Positions 26,795 through 34,494 of a stretch of 39,802 bases of DNA are shown piece by piece; within the stretch, counting starts at the first letter, position 1; every line of letters begins with the position of its first letter. Under the pieces are notes generated by a model, which saw nothing but the letters and a program-made list of their open reading frames with translations, ran no database searches and was not told the origin of the DNA. The stretch lies in the IMG/VR virus record IMGVR_UViG_2671180139_000002, positions 1 to 39,802 of that record. One strand, written 5' to 3'. The translations under genes and the position numbers were made by a program. The stretch comes from a virus. Its lineage: Duplodnaviria > Heunggongvirae > Uroviricota > Caudoviricetes.

Positions 26795-27110
26795 GCACAA
26801 GAACGCATAGCTGTGATGCATAAATATGTGAGATAGTGCGTTGACAGAGATAGCGCAAAATGCAATTGTGTTTTCAGAGATTGAGAGGAGCGAACGATGA
26901 AGCGAACGGATGACACGAGCTGACCGAAACGGCGCAAAAGCCACAGTGGCCCAGGCGCCACATCCCAGCCCCGATCGGCACCGCGCCAGACCGCGGACCC
27001 CAGTGGCTCTTCCGCCACAACACCCCAGCCCTCCTGCCCACGGCGCCCCGAGGCGCCCCATGTCCGGCCCGCGGTTTATGCCATGGCTCTCCATGGCGCC
27101 GTTCCGCGGA

Positions 27111-27135
27111 TCCCACTGACCCAAGCCGTACCTAA
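27111..27135. repeat. 25-bp direct repeat copy 1 (TCCCACTGACCCAAGCCGTACCTAA)
   Basis: Identical to 28507-28531. Confidence 0.95.
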
Positions 27136-27334
27136 AATCCGCGCCGCCCGGAGATTTCGCCCTTCCCGGGCCATGAAATCCAACCCATGCGTGCTCATGG
27201 CGAGAAGCTGGCGAGACCGTGGCGAATATGTGTCCCTGAGAGCCCCATGGGGCACCGGGGAGCAACCGGCACCATGGAGCCCCGTAGACGCGCTCCGAAG
27301 AGAAGGGGCGCCGTAGCACCCCTCCCCTGTCGCG

Positions 27335-27682
27335 TCAGATCGCGACGTTCAATCCCATCTCGATGGCGAGCGCTGCAGCGGCGTCGTTGGCGCGCTGCGT
27401 CTTGGAGCGGCGGCGAAGAATGGCGACCCGTTCGCGCTTGCGCTCCGAGATGAGCCTACGCGCTTGCTCCCGCACGTCCTGCATCGTGATGCCCTCGGGG
27501 CAAGCACGCTCGAAGCGAACCCAGAGCTTCGCCCACTGATCGCGAGCCCGATCGCAGAGCAGCTCCTGCTCCGCCGTCTGGCGCACGCCGAAGACGATCT
27601 CAAACGAGCTGTCCATGAACTCGATGTAGTCAGCGGCGCGGGTGATGACAGAGGGGGCGACGAGAGTGATGCGGGACGACAT
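27335..27682 (-). CDS. Hypothetical protein (115 aa)
   Basis: GGAG RBS upstream of ATG 27682. Confidence 0.65.
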   Translation of the reverse strand: MSSRITLVAPSVITRAADYIEFMDSSFEIVFGVRQTAEQELLCDRARDQWAKLWVRFERACPEGITMQDVREQARRLISERKRERVAILRRRSKTQRANDAAAALAIEMGLNVAI

Positions 27683-27934
27683 TTGCTTGCTCCGTGTTCG
27701 TGTCGTTTTCGACATCGTCACTGTCGCGCGTCCGCTTCTGGGATGCGGGCGGGAGCGGATGGCGCGTGCGCGCTCCGGAGACGCTTGGGAGGTCATGGCC
27801 GCGGGAGACGGCGATCGCCGGCGCCATGGTCATCCATGGAGCGCCACGGCCTGAGTTTCACGGACCATGGCGGCCTGCGGAGAAAAGACCTGGCCTGGCC
27901 TCGAGAGACCAGACCGGCCTATGGTGCGTGGACC

Positions 27935-28165
27935 TCAGTAGCCCCAGGGGCTCAGATCGGGGATGCGCCCGAACCGTCGGTGGTACTTGCGATAGGTCTT
28001 GGCGATCAGCGTCGCCTCCGAGAGCATCATGGAGCGTTGCTCATGGGCGATGTGGCGCACATAGGCGCCGAACTCGTCGCTCCAGGTCTGAACCCGAAGC
28101 TGCCACCGGAAGAGCTTCCTGGGGTCGCGCTCCAGGCGAACGATGATGGAGGTCCGCGCGCTCAT
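27935..28165 (-). CDS. Hypothetical protein (76 aa)
   Basis: TGATG-coupled to the 38-aa upstream ORF. Confidence 0.55.
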   Translation of the reverse strand: MSARTSIIVRLERDPRKLFRWQLRVQTWSDEFGAYVRHIAHEQRSMMLSEATLIAKTYRKYHRRFGRIPDLSPWGY

Positions 28166-28281
28166 CAGCGGACGCTCGCGAGGACGATGACGAACGTCAG
28201 GAAGAGCACGGTGCAGGCGAACAGATCGGAGTTCACATAGCGCCAAAGCATCAGGTCGGCGGTGTTGAGGAACTTCTTCAT
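28165..28281 (-). CDS. Small 38-aa membrane peptide (MKKFLNTADL...FLTFVIVLASVR)
   Basis: Below the ORF-track cutoff; GGAG RBS, hydrophobic C-terminus, stop overlaps the next ATG. Confidence 0.55.
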   Translation of the reverse strand: MKKFLNTADLMLWRYVNSDLFACTVLFLTFVIVLASVR

Positions 28282-28294
28282 CTGCTATCTCCGT

Positions 28295-28312
28295 CCAGTC
28301 AGTGTTGACTGT
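28295..28312. promoter_or_regulatory. Palindromic motif copy
   Basis: CCAGTCAGTGTTGACTGT, upstream of ATG 28281. Confidence 0.6.
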
Positions 28313-28506
28313 CAGAGTGTCGCGCAGCTCGAGACGGGATGCGGTTGGCACCTGGTGGGATCGCAAGTGGCTTCCCATGGAGCTCCTGGGAGCCCCGTGG
28401 AGCGCGTTTGTGCCTTGGAGCCCCACCGATGCCCTCGGGACGCCATGGAACCCGCCCTGGGGCCCCTGAGTCGCGGCAGAGCCATGGAGGAACGTCGTTC
28501 CTCGGG

Positions 28507-28531
28507 TCCCACTGACCCAAGCCGTACCTAA
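28507..28531. repeat. 25-bp direct repeat copy 2
   Basis: Identical to 27111-27135. Confidence 0.95.
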
Positions 28532-28595
28532 CCGCGCACGCGACCGTACCTGGTTTCCGCCTGGCGCGGCAGCTCCATGGGATCCTCGTGCCGCG

Positions 28596-28620
28596 AAAAA
28601 GGGACGCCGAAGCGTCCCTT
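28596..28620 (-). terminator. Intrinsic terminator
   Basis: AAGGGACGC-TTCG-GCGTCCCTT with a T-tract on the - strand, just after the stop at 28638. Confidence 0.85.
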
Positions 28621-28637
28621 CTCCATCCCTCCTTTCG

Positions 28638-29636
28638 TTACGCTGCGAGGAGCTCCTCGATCTTCCGGGCGACCGGGGTATCGGTCACGCGGTAGACGGG
28701 GTTGCGGGTCGAGCCCTGGACCGAGACGGCGCCGATCGTCTGCAGGGCCTGCATGGTCGAGGAGGCTTGCGTGGGCGCGGTCGAGGCGGAGACCGTGTGC
28801 GAGACCAGGTGCTTCCTGAGCGCCGCTTCCACGCGGACCTTGTCGGAGGCTGCAGCCTTGGCGAGCTCACCGGTGAAGTCGAGGCCCGCGGCCCGGAAGC
28901 GGAAGAGCGACTTCATGCAGGCGATGTTGATGGCGTTGGTCAGCGCCCCACCTCCGAGCATGGAGGCGATGTCGGCGAACTTGCCGATGGCGTAGACGTT
29001 GTAGCGGGACCCGTCATGGCGCGACCCGTTCATGAAGGCGGGGTCGATGTTGGCGGCGAGGAGGACCCTGGCGACACCGGGGCGGACCATCTTCTGCCGG
29101 GCCGACTTGAGGGTGCGCTGAATGTTGGCGTTGTCCTCGTTCTTCCACTTCTCGAAGTCGGCGCGCTCGTCGATCTCCTTGCCGATGGCGTGCAGCATGG
29201 TGTCGACCTCTTCCTCGTCGACGGCGTCGAGCATGGCGTCGAAGGTCTCCGGCTCGTTGTTGCCCTCGGCCTGCTCCTCCTGGACCTCGTGGATGGCCTC
29301 GGGTTCCTGGACCTCGATGGCCTCGAGGTGGAGGACCGCTGCTTCCAGGTCCTTCTCGGAGACGGGCTCGTCGCTCTCCGGAGCGGCTTCCGGTTGGGCC
29401 TCGGTCTCCAGGGTCGCTTCGGCGACTTCCTCAGCCGAGAGCTCGATGGTAGCAGGTTCGTCCTGGGGCGCAGCGGTGTCGGCGCTCTCCGGAGCGATGA
29501 TCTCCATCGCGTCTTCGGCGATCGTCTCGACGACGGGCTGACCCTCGGCAACGATCTCGGAGACCGCGTTGATGAGTTCGGCGTCGCTCAAGGCGGCGAC
29601 GGTGGCGGATGCGATGTTTTTCTTGCGACGTGTCAT
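28638..29636 (-). CDS. Hypothetical protein with an acidic N-terminal extension; paralog of 26135-26722
   Basis: High-GC3 codon usage, own terminator, homology to the island gene. Confidence 0.85.
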   Translation of the reverse strand: MTRRKKNIASATVAALSDAELINAVSEIVAEGQPVVETIAEDAMEIIAPESADTAAPQDEPATIELSAEEVAEATLETEAQPEAAPESDEPVSEKDLEAAVLHLEAIEVQEPEAIHEVQEEQAEGNNEPETFDAMLDAVDEEEVDTMLHAIGKEIDERADFEKWKNEDNANIQRTLKSARQKMVRPGVARVLLAANIDPAFMNGSRHDGSRYNVYAIGKFADIASMLGGGALTNAINIACMKSLFRFRAAGLDFTGELAKAAASDKVRVEAALRKHLVSHTVSASTAPTQASSTMQALQTIGAVSVQGSTRNPVYRVTDTPVARKIEELLAA

Positions 29637-30489
29637 AGTATTCTAGTCCTCTGCGTTGCTCAGCGCTCGTTTGCGTCGCTGACAAGTATCAATTTACTGA
29701 TTGAGGCTAGGGGTACTACTGGAACGTAGTGGGACGTTTTCTTTCTTATTTCGCGCCATGGTGTACACACGCGCGCACGTACTCTATATATAAGCAATCA
29801 CCTGCGCCGCCCGACCATGGTATGACTTGAAGTCCCATGGTTCACCTTGGTGAGGATCTCCACGCCGGATGATGGCTTTCCTCGGAAGTGTGGATGAGGA
29901 CCTCCATGGCACCCCGAGGCAGATCATGGCTCTCCATGGTCTCGAGGCTATTCCGGGAATCCTGGAATGAGGACAATCCATGGGGCGCCATGCCGATGAG
30001 GCTTTCGCCATAGAGGTTCATGGGGCGTGGCGCGTGTGGATCGCCATAGTGAGGACGCCCGTGGAAGCGCGGAAAGTCCGTACCAGGTCCCGCCTCTACC
30101 GGGACATGCGTCCGTACCTAATTTCCGGCTGAGCGGCGAACCATGGAGAAATGCCGCCAAAAGAAAAGGCGCTCCGAAGAGCGCCTTGAGAGTTGAAGCG
30201 CGGGTGTCGAGGCCGCGCAAACACAGAGTGTCCGGCGAAGCTGCTCGGTGAGCGTCGTTCGCTGAACAAGATCGTTTATAGCTGATCGAACGAGGCTGTC
30301 ACGAGGGAGAAGGCGGATTTTCGAGGATGAGGCTTTCAAAGAGGACGTCGCCGGTCCCTCCTCTAGATCCACACCCTCACGCATCTATTCCCCACACACG
30401 GGCACACCTCTGTCCCTCTATACGCGGTCACTCTCTCTTGGGGTCTCTGGTGCGCATTCCGGAGAGTCTCTACCTCTTTGGGTATGGTG

Positions 30490-30561
30490 ATGCCCAAGCC
30501 CTCGCGCTCAATAAGTAGATACTTACGTATATATATTATTAGAAGACGCGGCTTTGGGCAT
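30490..30561. repeat. Second, more degenerate copy of the AT-cored inverted-repeat element
   Basis: 30526-30561 matches 15925-15960 at 31/36 positions. Confidence 0.85.
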
Positions 30562-30964
30562 TCGTTGGTTTTCTCACTCTTCCGGAGATGGTCGCGCTCT
30601 CTGTCTCTCTTAGGCAGAAGCTGTCAGTCTCTTCCGGGAGCGATCGTTTTCGATGCTATTTTCCGGGCTCAGATGCGTTTCGCTCGAATGTTCCCTTTCT
30701 TGAAACATTTGGATTTGGGAAATCGCGGAGTTCTGGGCTTTTGATGATGTTGCAACGGGTGCTATGGGTTTCGGCTGTAACTTAGCTGAAACATAGCACC
30801 AACATTTCATATACATAGCCATCAAGACGTAATTAGTCGTCTGATGGGAAATGTTTCAGGCGGCCTGAGGGTTTGAGACCTGCCCTCGGCCGTGGCCTGA
30901 TGGACCAGTACCTGTGTTCGGTGGACTAGAGCGTGGGTCAATGATGGCTGATGTCGAACCGGTC

Positions 30965-31384
30965 TCAGCTCTTCCGGTACTTAGTGGGGTCGCTCATACC
31001 GAGGCCGCGGCCCTTCGCGTCGAAAGCCTTCTCGTATATCAGGTGCAGCTTCGCTTTCTTGGTGCCGTCCCGGAATCTCTGGCCGCTGTCCGTAAATAGC
31101 ACGCTGTCTCCGTACATCTCGTTCAGCTTGTCGATCTCGGCGGTGAGGCCAGCCGTGTGTGCCTGCTCGACATCAAAGTGCAACTGAAGGCGATCGGCTC
31201 TCGCCTTTGTGCTCTCAAGCTCGGAGCGGAGTTGATTGATGGTCTGAGCCTGCTCACGAATATACCGATTTGCCTTCTCGATCTCAGCATTGGCCTTGTG
31301 GATTTGAGCGACGGCCGTGTTGAAGTCCCTATCGCCGTTCTGCCGCTCAATCATTGCGCCGATGAACATATCTTCGCTGATCAT
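30965..31384 (-). CDS. Coiled-coil hypothetical protein
   Basis: Open frame with heptad-like middle region; start 31384 or 31411. Confidence 0.6.
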   Translation of the reverse strand: MISEDMFIGAMIERQNGDRDFNTAVAQIHKANAEIEKANRYIREQAQTINQLRSELESTKARADRLQLHFDVEQAHTAGLTAEIDKLNEMYGDSVLFTDSGQRFRDGTKKAKLHLIYEKAFDAKGRGLGMSDPTKYRKS

Positions 31385-31482
31385 TGTCTCCACCCACCCA
31401 GCTTGGCCCATTGCTGAGGCAGCCTACGATAGCTATGGCAATTGCCTCAACTCGACTGGGTGAACTTAGTGAAGGATATTGG

Positions 31483-31659
31483 ATGATCGATCTGCAGAGG
31501 CTGTTGAAGAGACTGAAGGACGAACAGCGGCGCCTGGTGCTTGCCATGGCGAAGATTGACGCCCTGCCCTCTCATACGGACGTGAAGAAGGTGGCTGAGC
31601 TGGAGAACGCGATCCTGGCGGTCTCCGCTGTCATCGAGGAGCAGAAGAGCGGATCTTAG
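31483..31659 (+). CDS. Small helical hypothetical protein (58 aa)
   Basis: GAAGGA upstream of ATG 31483. Confidence 0.5.
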   Translation: MIDLQRLLKRLKDEQRRLVLAMAKIDALPSHTDVKKVAELENAILAVSAVIEEQKSGS

Positions 31660-31691
31660 GCGTTTATAGCTAAATCTCGCTATAAACGGGT

Positions 31692-32639
31692 CTAAATGCC
31701 TTTGCGAGTTCGGTCGATCTTTCGCCTCTCCTCAAGGTAAAGAGCTAACGTTTTCGCTTTTGCGGTGCCAAGATGCTCTTTCATGAGTTCATCCTGCTCC
31801 CGATCAGATGCGTACCCGAACTGCTCAGCTTGCCCGATCACGTCCAGATTCATCGTTCGGGCAAGTCTCCAGCTTGGAAGTTGCCGAAGGCGCTCCAGTG
31901 TCATTTCGTGTCGATAAGCTACGAACAGTCTTGTTGGGCTGATTGGCATCAGCAAGTAACTATCCGGATTAACCAAGACAACGGTGTAAACAACTGGCCG
32001 ATCAGATGTTACGAAATGATAATTGTGTCGAAGCTCCAGAGAGACCCATTTCATCGCTTTGATTGTTGTGATGACCTTTTGGTTCGACACCAGACTTTCG
32101 TAGGTTTGGAAAGTAGCTCGCTCGGACCACGCATCCTTCCTTGAATCCCAGAACTCATCCGCACTCGTCGGTTGATCCGGCGTCCGACTGAGCTCGTATC
32201 TAGCTCTCATCTCAGGAGTGAGATTGTGCCAGTCCTCTTTGATTGTTCTTCGAAAGTTTTCGAGATCGGCAGGGTGACGAAAGATCATCGTCATAATGAA
32301 CTTGGACCAGGCAAGCCTTAGCCGATCTGGAAGTATAGAAGGTGCGGGAGCTCGTAACAGAAAGTCGAGCGCCTCTGACGCCGCGGTGTCCACTGGCTCG
32401 AAGAAACGCTTCTCTAGGCTGGGAGCTGAACCGTCTAGCGAACTGTAGCCGAGTTCCTTGTAGCCCGTTCCACCTGGAGACCTATACTGAGAATTGACCA
32501 CTCCGCTGTAGACACGCTGGTATTGGACAAGCCTCCGATTAGGTGCGTTCCAGCCCTTAAGGTAGAACTCGGGAACGAAGTGATGTTTACGGGAGGGATC
32601 ATCTTCCACCTTCAATTCATCACCGCCCGACAAAGCCAA
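31692..32639 (-). CDS. DUF4238-like protein
   Basis: N-terminal KHHFVPEFYLKGW and FVTSDRPV motifs; lower GC. Confidence 0.7.
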   Translation of the reverse strand: MALSGGDELKVEDDPSRKHHFVPEFYLKGWNAPNRRLVQYQRVYSGVVNSQYRSPGGTGYKELGYSSLDGSAPSLEKRFFEPVDTAASEALDFLLRAPAPSILPDRLRLAWSKFIMTMIFRHPADLENFRRTIKEDWHNLTPEMRARYELSRTPDQPTSADEFWDSRKDAWSERATFQTYESLVSNQKVITTIKAMKWVSLELRHNYHFVTSDRPVVYTVVLVNPDSYLLMPISPTRLFVAYRHEMTLERLRQLPSWRLARTMNLDVIGQAEQFGYASDREQDELMKEHLGTAKAKTLALYLEERRKIDRTRKGI

Positions 32640-32688
32640 AGTTGCTCTCCTATTTCATTTAGCAGGGAGCGAGCGCGCGATTGCTCGC

Positions 32689-32961
32689 TCATCTCATACC
32701 AAAATGCATCTCTGGGTCTTCATCTTCGTCGGTGCCGTCGGAGACTCCTTCCGGAGTGTAGCCGGGCAAGCGGGACTCGATGCAGCTATGCGGGAGCGTC
32801 TCAGCAATTTCCTCGAACGTATAATGGTGCTGGCCGTCAACAAGTGGCAAGCGCTCTCTAACGGTAAGCTTTGTCCAATTTGGCAGGTTCTTGCACTCTT
32901 CACAGTGGACGGAGCTTGAGATCGTGCGCACTCGAGCGCCAGGGTTGTAGAAAGGCGTCAT
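32689..32961 (-). CDS. Hypothetical protein (90 aa)
   Basis: ATG overlaps the upstream stop (TGATG). Confidence 0.45.
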   Translation of the reverse strand: MTPFYNPGARVRTISSSVHCEECKNLPNWTKLTVRERLPLVDGQHHYTFEEIAETLPHSCIESRLPGYTPEGVSDGTDEDEDPEMHFGMR

Positions 32962-33347
32962 CAAAATACTCCCCATTCCTTGTTTGCCAGGAGCTCCGGC
33001 GTGGGCTCGACGCGCTCGGGCTCGATCTTGAGATTAAGCCTACGGCGCACCGCGGCGAAGTCTCTCTCCAACGCTCTCTCTGCCTGCTCGATCTTAACCG
33101 ACACGCCTGGAACGATCTCCTTGGGTGGGAGTCCATTCAGCTCGCGCACAAAGGTCTGAACGTAGTCGACGGCCGCTTTCATGCTGTGAAACCATTCCCG
33201 CGGCGGAGCCTTCCCATCGCAGAAGAGGCGAAACTTCCGAGAGGTCGCGAGCGCGTCCATCTTCCGGTAGCGGCGCTCGTCATCCTTGACGATCTCGAAG
33301 GTATGTCCGCCCTGCTTCCAGCTTCCCTGGCTCTCAGGTGTGATCAT
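32961..33347 (-). CDS. Hypothetical protein
   Basis: ATGA overlap in a coupled operon. Confidence 0.65.
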   Translation of the reverse strand: MITPESQGSWKQGGHTFEIVKDDERRYRKMDALATSRKFRLFCDGKAPPREWFHSMKAAVDYVQTFVRELNGLPPKEIVPGVSVKIEQAERALERDFAAVRRRLNLKIEPERVEPTPELLANKEWGVF

Positions 33348-33634
33348 CGACCTTCCTCATGGACGCTGATGAAGCGCTCGCGAATTTCGGCGCTGGTGAC
33401 GAAGTTCATGTATTCCTGGACGCGGTTCTGCACGTCGAGCGTTCGGCATCGCACCTCCACCGCCACGTTCTGGTGGTGCTCCATGAGGCTGCAGTAGGCT
33501 TCCTCGGCGCGCAGACAGACCTCGCGCTCGTTGTCGCCGGAGATGAGGAGCTCTTCCTCGTCGACCAGGCGATCGGGGCGCGACTTGAGGATCCGCACGT
33601 TGATCGGATGCTTGAAACCTGGTCTGTGGCTCAC
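33344..33634 (-). CDS. Hypothetical protein
   Basis: GTGA overlap in a coupled operon. Confidence 0.65.
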   Translation of the reverse strand: MSHRPGFKHPINVRILKSRPDRLVDEEELLISGDNEREVCLRAEEAYCSLMEHHQNVAVEVRCRTLDVQNRVQEYMNFVTSAEIRERFISVHEEGR

Positions 33635-34029
33635 CCTGTTCCCTCCTTCATGTGCGCGACCATCTCAGCCTCACTCTCGAAGACCTGGTCTCGGTTCCGC
33701 ATTTGTTCTGAATGCCACAAACCGAGGAAATTCGCCAGCCGAGGAAGCCGATTGGGGTTACCGAGCTTCTCCAGCATGATGAGGGCACCGGCGCAGAACT
33801 GATCGTCCGGGCCGGGCTCATAGGGGCGATAGGTGTCGTCCCAGTTCTCCTCCTCGACCTGCAGCTCCTCATCCCACCGATCGCCGCTGATCGTCTTGTG
33901 GCAGGTGAAGCTAGCGTCTTGGCGCACGATGCTGTCCAGGATGTCCTGGGCGCGCTCCGGATGTAGATAGCCCTGAACGTCCCGACGGAACGGGCAATCC
34001 TTACAGGGCGCGACCAGGTTGAACTTCAA
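33631..34029 (-). CDS. Cys/His-rich phage protein (PCxxCPFR...FxCH...CAG)
   Basis: Metal-binding-type motif; TTGA overlap. Confidence 0.7.
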   Translation of the reverse strand: MKFNLVAPCKDCPFRRDVQGYLHPERAQDILDSIVRQDASFTCHKTISGDRWDEELQVEEENWDDTYRPYEPGPDDQFCAGALIMLEKLGNPNRLPRLANFLGLWHSEQMRNRDQVFESEAEMVAHMKEGTG

Positions 34030-34385
34030 AACGGCGACTTCCCACCACCGAGGGTGAACTTGAACCTTCGCGCCAGCTCCTCAGCTTCCTGAGAACCGAG
34101 TGTCTCATTATCTTCGAGATAGTAGCCGCCCCATCTACCTCCAGGGCCGAATTGCCGATGAATGAGGAGCTTCTGACCGGCGTACCCAATGACCCATTGC
34201 GCCTCTTCGTCGGTTTCGCTCACCGGCACCTGTCCGGCGTTCTCGAAAGGTCGCAGAGCTTCGCGCGCCGCCTCGAGTGCCGCTTGGATCGTTCGCTGCT
34301 CCTCGGATGGTGCACCTTCAGCGAAGATTTCCGCAACCCGGCGAAGAGTAGCCAGGTGATGGACGTCGATCTCAACCTTGCTCAT
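34026..34385 (-). CDS. Hypothetical protein
   Basis: GAGGGA RBS; first gene of the coupled operon. Confidence 0.65.
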   Translation of the reverse strand: MSKVEIDVHHLATLRRVAEIFAEGAPSEEQRTIQAALEAAREALRPFENAGQVPVSETDEEAQWVIGYAGQKLLIHRQFGPGGRWGGYYLEDNETLGSQEAEELARRFKFTLGGGKSPF

Positions 34386-34479
34386 GGTCCCTCTCTGCTC
34401 TCGTGATCTTCAACTCTCGCACGTCTGCGTGAGGATGTCGGCTGGCACAAGCAGGAGAATTGACTCTCGCCATGGACTA

Positions 34480-34494
34480 GAACAAACATGGAAC
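34480..34494 (+). promoter_or_regulatory. Alphaproteobacterial LexA (SOS) box GAAC-N7-GAAC
   Basis: GAAC AAACATG GAAC immediately before ATG 34495. Confidence 0.7.

Larger units (their letters stand above)
25996..26923. other. CC/GG-dinucleotide-depleted island
   Basis: Manual scan: no CC on the + strand over 928 bp; only one GG (26495-26496) in 25996-26683. Confidence 0.95.
27081..30146. repeat. Intergenic CCATGG/CCNNGG arrays, many phased at 10 bp
   Basis: 18 CCATGG counted, all outside the called CDSs. Confidence 0.9.

Noticed and set aside
25996-26923. Explaining the desert by low GC, UV-dimer avoidance or classical restriction-site avoidance
   Set aside because: GC is about 50% with abundant CG/GC; TT runs and GATC, GCGC, CGCG, TCGA palindromes are retained.
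26723-27319. N-terminal 199 aa of the 394-aa ORF 26135..27319
   Set aside because: Runs through the CCATGG array and promoter with G/P/W/R-rich nonsense; homology to the paralog and the RBS support ATG 26722.
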